Positions 9,044 to 18,409 of a stretch of DNA of 64,000 nucleotides are shown in pieces (the stretch's first letter is position 1; the number at the start of each line of letters is the position of its first letter). Source of the stretch: a bacterium (GTDB lineage: Bacteria; UBA8248). Position numbers and translations under genes: made by a program. The stretch covers positions 2,279,682-2,343,681 of the forward strand of contig OZ241326.1 of the NCBI GenBank assembly GCA_965199855.1. The letters are read 5' to 3'. Below the pieces are notes generated by a model. The model worked only from the letters and a program-made list of their open reading frames with translations. It was not told where the DNA came from and ran no database searches.

Positions 9044-10192
9044 GTGAGGCAGAGGAAATACCCGGCCGTATTCATGCGCGGAGGCACGAGCCGCGCCATC
9101 TTCTTTCACGAGCGCGACCTGCCGAAGGCGCGCGCCGAGCGCGACGCCGTCTTCCTCAAGGCGCTGGGCAGTCCCGACCCGAACGGCCGCCAGCTGGACG
9201 GGCTGGGGGGCGGCGTCTCCTCCCTGAGCAAGGTCGCCGTCGTCGCGCTCTCCGAACGCGCGGACGCGGACGTGGACTTCACCTTCGCGCAGGTGGGCGT
9301 GCGGGAGAAAATCGTGGACTACGCGGGCGCGTGCGGGAACATATCGAGCGCGGTCGGCCCCTTCGCCGTGGACGAGGGGCTGGCGCCCGCGGAGGAGAAC
9401 GGTGCCGCCCTCGTCCGCGTCCACAACGCGAACACGGGGAAAATCTTCCACGCCCGCTTCCCGGTGGAGGACGGCGCGGCCGCCGTGGACGGCTCCTGCG
9501 AGCTGCCGGGCGTCTCCGGCGCGGGGGCGCGCATCACGCTCGAATTCATGGACCCGGGAGGCGCAGCCACGGGGAAGCTCCTGCCCTCGGGCGGCCCGGT
9601 GGACGTTTTCGATATCGAGGGGCTGGGAAGCGTGGAAGTCAGCATGGTGGACGCGACCAACCCGATGGCGTTCCTCCGCGCGAAGGACCTGGGGCTGAGC
9701 GGCGGAGAAGCCCCCGGCGCCATCGACGCCCGCGTCGAACTGATGGTGAACCTCGAGCAGATTCGCGCCGAGGCGGCCGTTCGCATGGGCATGGCGCGAA
9801 GCAGGCGGGAGGCCTCCGAGAGCGTCCGCGCGGTGCCGAAAGTCGCCCTCGTCGCGCCGCCGGCGGAATACGTGGACATCAGGGGCGAGGTCGTCCCGGC
9901 GGAGGCGTGCGACGTCGTGAGCCGCGTCGTCTCGATGGGCAAGACCCACCGCGCCTACGCGCTCACGGGGGCGATGTGCCTCGCGGTCGCCGCGCGGATT
10001 CCCGGCACCCTCGTTCACGAGGCAGCCCGGGGCGGGGCGGGCGACATTCGCCTGGGCCATCCCTCCGGCGTCCAGCGGGTGAACGCCCGGGTCTCCGCCT
10101 CTCCGCAGGGATGCGAGGCCGAGAAGGTCGTCGTCTATCGCACGGCGCGGAGGCTCATGGAGGGCCTCGTGTGCGTGCCCGCCGATTCGTGA
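9044..10192 (+). CDS. prpF: PrpF family protein (2-methylaconitate isomerase / AcnD-accessory-like)
   Basis: 382 aa. The N-terminus YPAVFMRGGTSRAIFF is the PrpF signature. Starts 2 nt after the aconitase stop. Confidence 0.8.
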   Translation: MRQRKYPAVFMRGGTSRAIFFHERDLPKARAERDAVFLKALGSPDPNGRQLDGLGGGVSSLSKVAVVALSERADADVDFTFAQVGVREKIVDYAGACGNISSAVGPFAVDEGLAPAEENGAALVRVHNANTGKIFHARFPVEDGAAAVDGSCELPGVSGAGARITLEFMDPGGAATGKLLPSGGPVDVFDIEGLGSVEVSMVDATNPMAFLRAKDLGLSGGEAPGAIDARVELMVNLEQIRAEAAVRMGMARSRREASESVRAVPKVALVAPPAEYVDIRGEVVPAEACDVVSRVVSMGKTHRAYALTGAMCLAVAARIPGTLVHEAARGGAGDIRLGHPSGVQRVNARVSASPQGCEAEKVVVYRTARRLMEGLVCVPADS

Positions 10193-10210
10193 GGCGGGGC
10201 GGGGCCGCGC

Positions 10211-11173
10211 CTACGCCTTTCGCCCGCCCCTCTTCTCTCCCGTCACCAGCCAGACGCCGGCCGCCGTCAGCGCGGCTCCCGCCGCCAGACGCCAGCTCAC
10301 CCGCTCGCCCAGATACAGGGCGCTGCCCAGCACGCCGACGATCGGGTTCAGGAACAGGAACACCGACACCCGCGCGGGCGAATACTTCAGGAGCAGGTAG
10401 CCCCAGTAGGCCAGCAGAAGCGCGCTCGAAGCCACGCCCATATAGACGACCGCGAGAATCTGCGCGCCCCCGAAGGAGAGAATCCCGAAGCCGGGATCGG
10501 ACGAGGCGAGGAGAAAATAGGCCGGCGCGCCGATGAGCATGGCCCATCGGGAGATGGACACCACGTCCGAGTTCCAGAGGCAGCGGCGGTAGTGAATCGT
10601 CTGCGCCGCCCAGAGGACGGCGGCGAGGAGGATGTAGGAATCCGCCCAGAGCGCGCCGTCCGCCCCGAGGCGGTTCGAGAACACCGTGACAGTTCCTCCC
10701 ATCGCCAGGGCGAAGCCCGCCGCCCGCGCCGGGGTGACGCGCTCGCCCGACAGAAACGCCGCGCCCAGCAGCATGACCCAGATCGGCTGCGAATAGAGCA
10801 GCACCGAGGCGCGCGCGGCGGCCGTTCCGAACATCCCCTGATAGAGGAACCAGATATAGACGTTGTGCAGAAGGCCGCTCAGCGCCCGGTGCCCCTTCTC
10901 CTTCCAGGCGCTCTTGTGGGTCGCCCGGTCGGGGGCGCCCAGGAGAAGGCCGTAGATCGTCAGGGTGAGGACGGCCGCGGAGCAGCGCATCCAGATGAGG
11001 CCGAAGGGGGTGAGCCCCCCGTAGGCGCCCTTGATGACGGGCTGCGCCATCCCCCAGATCAGGGTGAGGAGCAGCGAGCCGAACACCAGCTCGAGCGGCG
11101 CTCCCGCGGACGGCTGCCGGACGCCCGGGCGGCCGCTCAACCGGCTTTCCCGGAAGCGCGGGGCCGCCCGCAA
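10211..11173 (-). CDS. EamA/DMT-family transporter
   Basis: Maximal ORF 320 aa with about 10 hydrophobic helices in two EamA-like halves. The true start may be internal. Confidence 0.75.
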   Translation of the reverse strand: MRAAPRFRESRLSGRPGVRQPSAGAPLELVFGSLLLTLIWGMAQPVIKGAYGGLTPFGLIWMRCSAAVLTLTIYGLLLGAPDRATHKSAWKEKGHRALSGLLHNVYIWFLYQGMFGTAAARASVLLYSQPIWVMLLGAAFLSGERVTPARAAGFALAMGGTVTVFSNRLGADGALWADSYILLAAVLWAAQTIHYRRCLWNSDVVSISRWAMLIGAPAYFLLASSDPGFGILSFGGAQILAVVYMGVASSALLLAYWGYLLLKYSPARVSVFLFLNPIVGVLGSALYLGERVSWRLAAGAALTAAGVWLVTGEKRGGRKA

Positions 11174-11473
11174 GTCTCGATGCGGACGTTTTCAGCCCCC
11201 CTGACGCGGGCGATCATCCGACCGCCTCCGCGGGCGCGCCCCTGAAGCCCTCCTCGCGGGAGAGAGGCTCCGGCCCCGGGGCGCGCGCTCCGGGGCGGGA
11301 AGTGAACGTGGTCGCATCGAAATTCCACCCGTGAAGCCCCTTCCGCGATTTTCCGCCTCCCCGCCTCCCGGATCGGCTCCGGGCGAGAATCCCACAGGAA
11401 GCGCCGCTTCCACAAACCATTTTCCCGGCCGGGCGTGAAGCGCGCCCCACCCGCGACGCCCCTCGCCGCCCGC

Positions 11474-11502
11474 TTGATTCGCGCGGGGGATGGGGCTAGA
11501 TT
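11474..11502 (+). promoter_or_regulatory. sigma70-like promoter candidate for the MBL hydrolase gene
   Basis: TTGATT (11474-11479), 17 nt, TAGATT (11497-11502). If used, it excludes the track start at 11435 and favours ATG 11528 or 11600. Confidence 0.3.
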
Positions 11503-11599
11503 GAAAGCCTCTATCGACGCCAGCGGCATGAGTGACGCGGAGCATTCCTCCGGACAGGAGCGCGTGAACTTTTCACCCTTCGACAGGAAAGGCGCCTAC

Positions 11600-12421
11600 A
11601 TGGAAACCCAGGACTGGTATTCCGTCAACGAATTCGCCCCGGGCAGCTACCAGATTACCGAAGGCGGCCGCTTCAACATGCTCCTTCTCGTGGGAGACGA
11701 GAAGGCGGTCGCCATTGACGGCGGCATCGGGGTCGGCGACCTGAGAAAACTCCACGAGAGCATCACGGACAAGCCCATCGACTTCATCCTCACCCACACC
11801 CACTGGGATCACCTGGGCGCGGCGTGGCGGTGGGAGAAGGTGGGCGTTCACCCCGTCGGCAGGAGTCTGCTCGCCAACGACTTCTCCAAGCTCGAAAAAG
11901 CCTTCGTGAACACGTGGAAGACGAACGGAAACGCCTTTCCCGACTGGTTCGACGAGGAGACCTACTCCATCAGGCCCGCCGCGTTCGGCTGGACGCTCCG
12001 GGAGGGCGACTCCTTCGACCTGGGCGGCAGAAAATTCCGCGTCTATGAGACGCCCGGGCACTCGCCGTGCAGCATCTCGCTCTACGACGAGCGCGAGAAG
12101 ATTCTCGTATCGGGCGACCTGATCCGCTGCGAGGAATGCCTCTTCCTCCAGGTGCCGACGGCCGTGCTCTCCGACTACGCGCCCTCGCTGCGCAAGATGG
12201 AGAAGGTGGCGCGGGAAAACGAGGTGCGCTGGATCACGTCGGGACACACCGCCCCCTACCCGGACCCCTCCATCATCGGCGAGCTGGCCCAGAACATGGA
12301 GGAGCTCGAAGCGGGCGCGCACGACCCGCCCGCCAAGGTGGACGGCGGCGCGTGGGGCGAGGTGGACGAGTACGTCTTCCCCCGCGTGAAGGTGTGGATT
12401 CAGGATCACGCGAGAAAGTAG
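11600..12421 (+). CDS. MBL-fold metallo-hydrolase
   Basis: HxHxDH motif ILTHTHWDHLGA, later TPGHSPCS. Start chosen at ATG 11600 (AGGAAAGG upstream). ATG 11528 is also possible. The 11435 start looks like a GC-driven extension. Confidence 0.75.
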   Translation: METQDWYSVNEFAPGSYQITEGGRFNMLLLVGDEKAVAIDGGIGVGDLRKLHESITDKPIDFILTHTHWDHLGAAWRWEKVGVHPVGRSLLANDFSKLEKAFVNTWKTNGNAFPDWFDEETYSIRPAAFGWTLREGDSFDLGGRKFRVYETPGHSPCSISLYDEREKILVSGDLIRCEECLFLQVPTAVLSDYAPSLRKMEKVARENEVRWITSGHTAPYPDPSIIGELAQNMEELEAGAHDPPAKVDGGAWGEVDEYVFPRVKVWIQDHARK

Positions 12422-12454
12422 CGGCGCGGCGAAAACAGCGGAGGGCAAACGACA

Positions 12455-14401
12455 ATGAGCGCCCCGGACATCATCTGGCGTCCGAACGAGGATTTTCTGA
12501 CGAACAGCCACGTCGCCAGGCTGATGAGGAAGCTCGGCATCGCCGACCACCGGGAGTTTCTGAAGTGGTCGGTTCGGGACATCCGCCGCTTCTGGGAGGT
12601 CGTCCTGGAGGACATGGGACTCGCGTGGTACAGGCGCTATGACGAGCTTCTCGACATGAGCGGCGGCTTCCCCTGGGCGAAATGGTTCGTCGGCGGGGAG
12701 ACGAACATCGTCCTGAACTGCATCGACCGCCACCTGGAGAGCGGCCGCAGGGATCAGACCGCCCTCGTCTGGGAGAGCGACGCGGGCGAGGTGCGCCAAT
12801 TCACCTACGCCGAGCTCTCGGCGGAGGTCTCCCGCCTGGCCTGCGCCATGCGCGGGATGGGGCTGGGGCGCGGAGACGTGGCGGGCGTGTTCCTGCCCAT
12901 GGTGCCCGAGGCCGCCATCGTCATGTATGCGTGCTTCAAGACGGGGGTGGCCGTCCTGCCCGTGTTCTCAGGCTTCGGGCCCGAGGGGCTGGCCGAGCGG
13001 CTCATCCACGCGGAGGCGCGCATCCTCTTCACGGCGGACGGCGCGGTTCGCCGGGGCAAAAAGGTTCCCCTGAAGGGGACGGCGGACGCCGCCCTCGAGC
13101 GGGCCTCGAAGGTGGAGAAGGTGGTGGTCGTCCGCCGCTCGGGCGATGCGGCGCCCATGCGCGCCGGGCGCGACGTATACTGGGAGGACTTCACGGAGGG
13201 CCAGGCCGCGGAGGCGGAGACCGCGCGGCTTCCCGCCGACGCCGTCTCGATGATCATGTACACCTCCGGCACCACCGGCAAGCCCAAGGGAACCGTCTAC
13301 ACCCACGCCGGGCTGATGAGCGGCCCCGGGCGCGAACTCCGATACTGCCTGGACATGCGCGAGGGCGACGCGATTTTCTGGGTCACGGACTTCGGCTGGG
13401 TCATGGCGCCCTACGAGCTGGTGGGGGCGCACTTCAGCGGCCATTCCTGCCTCCTCTACGAGAGCGTGCCGAACCACCCGGCGCCCGACCGCCTCTGGCG
13501 CATCGTGGAGAGGCACCGGGTCAGCCACCTGGGGCTTTCGCCCACGGCCGTTCGCGTGCTGATCAGCGCGGGCGACGAATGGGTGGAGAAGCGCGATCTC
13601 TCCTCCCTGCGCGTGCTGGCCTCCACGGGCGAGCCCTGGGACCCGGAATCCTACATGTGGTATTTCGAGAAAGTGGGCGGGGGGCGGTGTCCCGTCATGA
13701 ACATTTCGGGCGGCACGGAAATCGGCGCCTGCCTGCTCCAGCCCCTGCCCGTCATGGAGCTGAGCCCCTGCACGCTGGGCGCCCCCGCCATGGGAACGGA
13801 CGCGGACGTGTTCGGCGAGGACGCCCGGCCGGTGCGCGGCGAGGTGGGCCACCTCGTTCTCAAGCAGCCCCTCCCCTCGCTCACCAACGGCTTCTGGAAG
13901 GAGCCGGAGCGCTACCTGGAGACCTATTTCTCCCGCTGGGAGGGCGTCTGGTATCACGGCGACTGGGCGAAGGTGGACGAGAAGGGCCTCTGGTATCTCT
14001 ACGGACGCTCGGACGACACCATCAAGGTGTCGGGCAAGCGCGTGGGCCCCAGCGAGATAGAATCCCAGCTCATCAAGCACCCGGACGTCATAGAGGCCGC
14101 CGTCGTGGGAACGCCGCACCCGGTGAAGGGCGAGGGCCTCACCTGCTTCGTCGTCACGCGCGACTCCCGCGAGCCGGGCGACGCCCTGCGCGAGGAGCTC
14201 AAGGATCAGGCGGCGCGATACCTGGGCAAGAGCCTGCGCCCCGACGAGGTGCGCTTCGTCCGCGCCCTGCCCAAGACCCGCTCCGCCAAAATCGTGCGCA
14301 GCGCGATCAAGAAGGTCCATCTGGGCCAGCCGGTGGACCACATGGACCTCAACTCGCTCGAAAACCCGGCGCACCTCGACGCCATCCGGGAGGCGCTCTA
14401 G
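12455..14401 (+). CDS. AMP-forming acyl-CoA synthetase (acetyl/propionyl/acetoacetyl-CoA synthetase family), copy 1
   Basis: 648 aa. YTSGTTGKPKG, GDWAKVDEKGLWYLYGRSDDTIKVSGKRVGPSEIE and LPKTRSAKIVR motifs. Confidence 0.85.
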   Translation: MSAPDIIWRPNEDFLTNSHVARLMRKLGIADHREFLKWSVRDIRRFWEVVLEDMGLAWYRRYDELLDMSGGFPWAKWFVGGETNIVLNCIDRHLESGRRDQTALVWESDAGEVRQFTYAELSAEVSRLACAMRGMGLGRGDVAGVFLPMVPEAAIVMYACFKTGVAVLPVFSGFGPEGLAERLIHAEARILFTADGAVRRGKKVPLKGTADAALERASKVEKVVVVRRSGDAAPMRAGRDVYWEDFTEGQAAEAETARLPADAVSMIMYTSGTTGKPKGTVYTHAGLMSGPGRELRYCLDMREGDAIFWVTDFGWVMAPYELVGAHFSGHSCLLYESVPNHPAPDRLWRIVERHRVSHLGLSPTAVRVLISAGDEWVEKRDLSSLRVLASTGEPWDPESYMWYFEKVGGGRCPVMNISGGTEIGACLLQPLPVMELSPCTLGAPAMGTDADVFGEDARPVRGEVGHLVLKQPLPSLTNGFWKEPERYLETYFSRWEGVWYHGDWAKVDEKGLWYLYGRSDDTIKVSGKRVGPSEIESQLIKHPDVIEAAVVGTPHPVKGEGLTCFVVTRDSREPGDALREELKDQAARYLGKSLRPDEVRFVRALPKTRSAKIVRSAIKKVHLGQPVDHMDLNSLENPAHLDAIREAL

Positions 14402-14403
14402 CC

Positions 14404-16350
14404 ATGAGCGCGGACAACATCATCTGGCGGCCGGGGGAGGATTTTCTCCAAAACTCGAACGTCGCCCGCTTCATGCGAAAGCATGATCTGGCGGACTACG
14501 AGGCGCTGCTCGCCTTCTCCCGGGAGGACATCGGCCGCTTCTGGGAGGCGATAGAGAAGGACATGGGCGTCTCCTGGCAGAAGCCCTACGAGCGGATCAT
14601 CGACGCCTCGGGCGGCCTCCCCTGGACGAAGTGGTTCATCGGAGGCGAGCTCAACGTCGTCCACAACTGCATCGACAGGCACCTGGAGGGCGCCGCGCGC
14701 GACAGAACCGCCCTCGTCTGGGAGGGGGACGGCGGGGAGGTCCGCCGCTTCACCTACGCGGAGATGAGCGCGCGGGTCTGCCGGCTGGCGAACGCCATGC
14801 GCGGGATGGGGATGGGCGCGGGAGACGCCGCCGGCATCTTCATGCCCATGATTCCCGAAACCGTATTCGCCATGTTCGCCTGCCTGAAAATCGGGGCGGC
14901 GGCGATTCCCATCTTCTCGGGCTTCGGCCCTGAGGCGGTCGCCGAGCGTCTCGCCCACGCCGAGGCGCGGCTCGTCTTCACCGCGGACGGCGGGATGCGG
15001 CGCGGGAAGGAGGTCGGCGTGAAGGGGCTGATGGACGAGGCGCTCGCCCTCGGAACGCGGGTGGAGAAGGCGGTCGTCTTCCGGAGAACCGGGACGAGCG
15101 TCCCCATGCGGGAGGGGCGCGACGTATTCTGGGAGGACTTCATCGACGGCCAGCCCGACGACGCCGAAACCGCGCGCCTGCCCGCCGAGGCGCGCGCGCT
15201 CATCATCTACACCTCCGGCACGACGGGCAAGCCCAAGGGCGCGGCGCACACCCACGCGGGGTGCATGATCAACGCGGCGAAGGAGATTCGCTACTGCCTG
15301 GATCTGAGGGAGCCGGACGTGTTCTTCTGGGTGACCGACATCGGCTGGATGATGGGCCCCTGGGAGATGCTGGGCGTCCAGTTCGCGGGCGGAACCTACC
15401 TCATCTACGAGGGCGCCCCGGACTGGCCCGCGCCCGACAGGCTGTGGAGGCTCCTGGAGGATCACGGGGTGACCATCTTCGGCGTCTCGCCCACCGCCGC
15501 GCGGCTCCTGATCAGCAGGGGCGACGAATGGGTGGAGAGGCGCGACCTCTCGCGGCTGCGCGTGCTGGGCTCCACCGGAGAGCCCTGGGATCCTGAATCC
15601 TACATGTGGTTCTTCGAGAAGGTGGGCGGCGGGCGATGCCCCGTCATGAACATCTCGGGCGGCACCGAGCTGTTCGGCTGCCTGCTCCAGCCCTACCCCG
15701 TCGCTCCGCTCGCCCCCTGCTCCCTGGGCGGCCCCGCCCTGGGCGCGGACGCGGACGTGTTCAACGAGGCGGGCGAACCCGCGCGGGGCGAAATCGGCCA
15801 TCTCGTCTGCAAACAGCCGACGCCCTCGATGACGAAGGGCTTTCTGAAGGACGACGAGCGATACCTCGAGACCTATTTCTCGCGCTGGCCGGACGTCTGG
15901 TATCACGGCGACTGGGCCATGGCGGACGAGGACGGGCAGTGGTATCTCTACGGCCGCTCGGACGACGCCATCAACGTGGCGGGCAAGCGCGTGGGGCCCG
16001 CCGAGGTGGAGGCCGCCCTCATCCGGCACCCCGACGTCGTGGAGGCCGCCGTCATCGGCGCGCCGCACCCCGTCAAGGGGGAGGGGCTGTGCTGCTTCGT
16101 GGTGCTGGGCGAGGGCGCGGCGCCCGACGACGCGCTGCGCGAGGCGCTCAAGGACGAGGCCGTGAAGTATCTCGGCAAGAGCCTGCGGCCCGACGAGGTG
16201 AAGTTCGTCCGCGCCCTGCCCAAGACGCGCTCGGCGAAAATCGTCCGCGGCGCGATCCGCAAAATCCATCTGGGCGAGGACCCGGCGAGCATCGACGCCT
16301 CCTCCATCGAGACGCCCGAATTCCTCCACGCCATCAGGGAGGCGCTGTGA
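14404..16350 (+). CDS. AMP-forming acyl-CoA synthetase, copy 2 (tandem paralogue)
   Basis: ATG 14404 lies 2 nt after the stop of copy 1. Also 648 aa and collinear with copy 1 (YTSGTTGKPKG, GRSDDAINVAGKRVGPAEVE, LPKTRSAKIVR). It is the C-terminal part of track ORF 12682-16350. Confidence 0.85.
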   Translation: MSADNIIWRPGEDFLQNSNVARFMRKHDLADYEALLAFSREDIGRFWEAIEKDMGVSWQKPYERIIDASGGLPWTKWFIGGELNVVHNCIDRHLEGAARDRTALVWEGDGGEVRRFTYAEMSARVCRLANAMRGMGMGAGDAAGIFMPMIPETVFAMFACLKIGAAAIPIFSGFGPEAVAERLAHAEARLVFTADGGMRRGKEVGVKGLMDEALALGTRVEKAVVFRRTGTSVPMREGRDVFWEDFIDGQPDDAETARLPAEARALIIYTSGTTGKPKGAAHTHAGCMINAAKEIRYCLDLREPDVFFWVTDIGWMMGPWEMLGVQFAGGTYLIYEGAPDWPAPDRLWRLLEDHGVTIFGVSPTAARLLISRGDEWVERRDLSRLRVLGSTGEPWDPESYMWFFEKVGGGRCPVMNISGGTELFGCLLQPYPVAPLAPCSLGGPALGADADVFNEAGEPARGEIGHLVCKQPTPSMTKGFLKDDERYLETYFSRWPDVWYHGDWAMADEDGQWYLYGRSDDAINVAGKRVGPAEVEAALIRHPDVVEAAVIGAPHPVKGEGLCCFVVLGEGAAPDDALREALKDEAVKYLGKSLRPDEVKFVRALPKTRSAKIVRGAIRKIHLGEDPASIDASSIETPEFLHAIREAL

Positions 16351-16392
16351 GGCTCCCGCTCCCGCCTCCCGCGCGCGGGGAAGCGCCCTGAC

Positions 16393-16758
16393 GTGCTTCT
16401 CGACTGCCCGGAATGCGGGGGAGCCTTGAGCTCGGAGGCCGAATCCTGCCCGAACTGCGGCTACGTTCTGAACCCGCGGCCCACCTCGCTCGATCAGATT
16501 TTCGGCATCCTCGGCTGCTTCCTGAAGGCCATTCTGCTCCTGGTCGCCGCGGTTTTTCTTCTGTCGCTGTGCTCGGGCGAGAGCGGAATCAAGCGCATCC
16601 AGGCGCTGCGCGCGCCCTCCCCGCTCCCTCCATCCATGACCGCGCGCGAGGGCCGGAGCGCGAGTTCGGGAGAGAGCGTCGTCGGGGCGGCGGCGACGCG
16701 GCGCGGGAAGACGCGGGGAATCACCGGAACGGCCGGACGCTTGAAGACGGCTCCGTGA
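16393..16758 (+). CDS. zinc-ribbon membrane protein (hypothetical)
   Basis: GTG start. CPECGG-x11-CPNCG zinc ribbon followed by one TM helix (IFGILGCFLKAILLLVAAVFLLSLC). The C-terminal third is low complexity, so the 3' extent is less certain. Confidence 0.5.
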   Translation: MLLDCPECGGALSSEAESCPNCGYVLNPRPTSLDQIFGILGCFLKAILLLVAAVFLLSLCSGESGIKRIQALRAPSPLPPSMTAREGRSASSGESVVGAAATRRGKTRGITGTAGRLKTAP

Positions 16759-16799
16759 GCGGGATGAGCGCCTAGGGCGACTCCCCTCACCGCCCCGAA

Positions 16800-17663
16800 G
16801 TGAACGGGGGCGACGGCCGAACTTCCCGGCCGTCCGCCGCGCCCTTGTCCGCGCCCCCCCGAATCGCTAAGGTGGCCTCTCTCCATTCACGCGCGCGGGG
16901 GACGCCTCCTCTCTTGGAATACTCGGGCCATCAGCTGCTCGCGGTGGGAATCGCCGCCTTCTGCGTGGGCTTTCTCAAGACCACCTTCAGCTCCGGCGTC
17001 GGCGTCTTCCTCGTCCCGGCCATGATCATGTTCTGGCCCACGCGCTTCATCATCGGAATCGTGGCCGTCGTCATGTGGGTGACGGATTTTTTCGCCGCCC
17101 CCATGTTCTGGAGGCAGTGGGAGGCGCGGTTTCTGCGCTTTCTCGTGCCGGGCTTCTACGCGGGCGTCGCCGTCGGCGTATTCGCGCTCGTGAACACGCC
17201 GGACTACTGGCTGAGAAAGGGAATCGGCCTCGCCTGCGTCTGCTTCGCCTCCCTGCTCGTCTGGCGCGAGCTCAGGGGGGAGATGAAGCCGCCGCCCGTC
17301 CACCCGGCGGTGGGGGTGGGCGTGGGCGTGGGCGGCGGAATCGTGAGCGCCATGTTCCACTCGGGCGGCCTGGTGCTGAGCCTCTTCTTCATCGGCCAGG
17401 GGCTTTCCAAGACGGCGGTGGTGGCGAGCATCATCATCACCTGGCTCTGGGTCAATCCCTTCAAGGTCGCCTCGCTCTGGGTCGGGGGCGTCGTGCGCGG
17501 CGAGATGATCATCGCGGGCCTCCTCGCCTTTCCCCTCGCCTGGGCCGGAAGCTGGTGCGGGCGCGCGACGCTCAGGAGAATCCCCCAGCGGGCGTTCACC
17601 CTCATCTTCCTGCTGCTCTCGCTCGTCACGGCGCTGCGCCTGCTCTCCGAGCCGAATCCGTGA
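16800..17663 (+). CDS. TauE/SafE (DUF81) family anion exporter, copy 1
   Basis: Polytopic membrane protein with FLKTTFSSGVGVFLVPAMIMF and GGGIVSAMFHSGGLVLSLF, the two Gly-rich DUF81 repeats. Start uncertain (in-frame GTG 16872 and TTG 16914 are closer to the first helix). Confidence 0.7.
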   Translation: MNGGDGRTSRPSAAPLSAPPRIAKVASLHSRARGTPPLLEYSGHQLLAVGIAAFCVGFLKTTFSSGVGVFLVPAMIMFWPTRFIIGIVAVVMWVTDFFAAPMFWRQWEARFLRFLVPGFYAGVAVGVFALVNTPDYWLRKGIGLACVCFASLLVWRELRGEMKPPPVHPAVGVGVGVGGGIVSAMFHSGGLVLSLFFIGQGLSKTAVVASIIITWLWVNPFKVASLWVGGVVRGEMIIAGLLAFPLAWAGSWCGRATLRRIPQRAFTLIFLLLSLVTALRLLSEPNP

Positions 17664-18409
17664 CGCCCGACTTCTCCCTCCTCGAGTGGGCCTTCGCGCT
17701 GGCGGCGGCGTTCTGCAGCGGCTTCCTCGTGCGCACGTTCGGGGCGGGGGTGGGCCTTACCATCACGCCGTTCCTCATCCTCGCGTTCTCGCCCACCTTC
17801 TCGCTCGGCCTCATCGCGCTCCTCAGCTGCTGGTCGGGGCTGGGCGCCGTCCCCGACCTCTGGGGCAAGTGGAACCCGCGCTACGTCCTCCTCTTCGCCC
17901 CCGGCGTCCTGCTGGGAATCGCCGGCGGCGTCTGGCTGCTCACCCTGCTTCCGGGGACGGGGCTGAAAATCCTCATCGGCGTCATCTGCCTCTGCCTCGC
18001 CTCCTGGCAGACGATCGTCGAAATCCGGGGGCGCCCCTTCGAGATTCCTCCCCTGCCCGCGTGGCAGGGGGCGGGCTTCGGCTTCATGAGCGGGCTCTGC
18101 TCCGCGCTCGCCAACAGCGGGGCGATCTTCCTCACCCCCGTCCTCATCAGCCAGAGGCTGGACAAGCGCGCCCTCGTCAGCACGATATGGATCCTCTACT
18201 CGGTGATGAACCCCATCAAGGTCGCCGCCTACTGGCGCGTCTCGGTCGTCACGGCGGACACCTTCTGGGCGAGCCTGGTCGGGCTTCCCGCGCTGTGGCT
18301 GGGGCTGAGGACGGGCGCCCGGGCGCAGGAGAGGCTGAGCGGGCGCGCCTTCAACCTGTGCGTGCTGGGCATCGCCCTGGGCGGCTCGATTCGCCTGCTG
18401 TTCGGCTGA
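17660..18409 (+). CDS. TauE/SafE (DUF81) family anion exporter, copy 2
   Basis: In-frame GTG 17660 overlaps the upstream stop (GTGA). 249 aa. FLVRTFGAGVGLTITPFLILAF and SGLCSALANSGAIFLTPVLI repeats. It is the C-terminal part of track ORF 17075-18409. Confidence 0.7.
   Translation: MTPDFSLLEWAFALAAAFCSGFLVRTFGAGVGLTITPFLILAFSPTFSLGLIALLSCWSGLGAVPDLWGKWNPRYVLLFAPGVLLGIAGGVWLLTLLPGTGLKILIGVICLCLASWQTIVEIRGRPFEIPPLPAWQGAGFGFMSGLCSALANSGAIFLTPVLISQRLDKRALVSTIWILYSVMNPIKVAAYWRVSVVTADTFWASLVGLPALWLGLRTGARAQERLSGRAFNLCVLGIALGGSIRLLFG

Noticed and set aside
11435-11599. Upstream extensions of several track ORFs, tested as real N-termini (11435 for the MBL gene, 6733 for aconitase, 24447 for tenA, 36823 for hyuA, 45077/47053 for the ABC permeases, 54146 for sdhB)
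   Set aside because: The extensions overlap the preceding gene in another frame and are Arg/Pro/Gly-rich. Internal ATG/GTG/TTG starts coincide with the previous stop (4-nt overlaps) or with an RBS, and with the beginning of family-typical N-termini.
12682-16350. 1222-aa ORF that looks like a giant fused synthetase
   Set aside because: Only its last 648 codons (from ATG 14404) are the real second synthetase. The first 574 codons are an out-of-frame read-through of copy 1 (Arg/Gly/Pro-rich).
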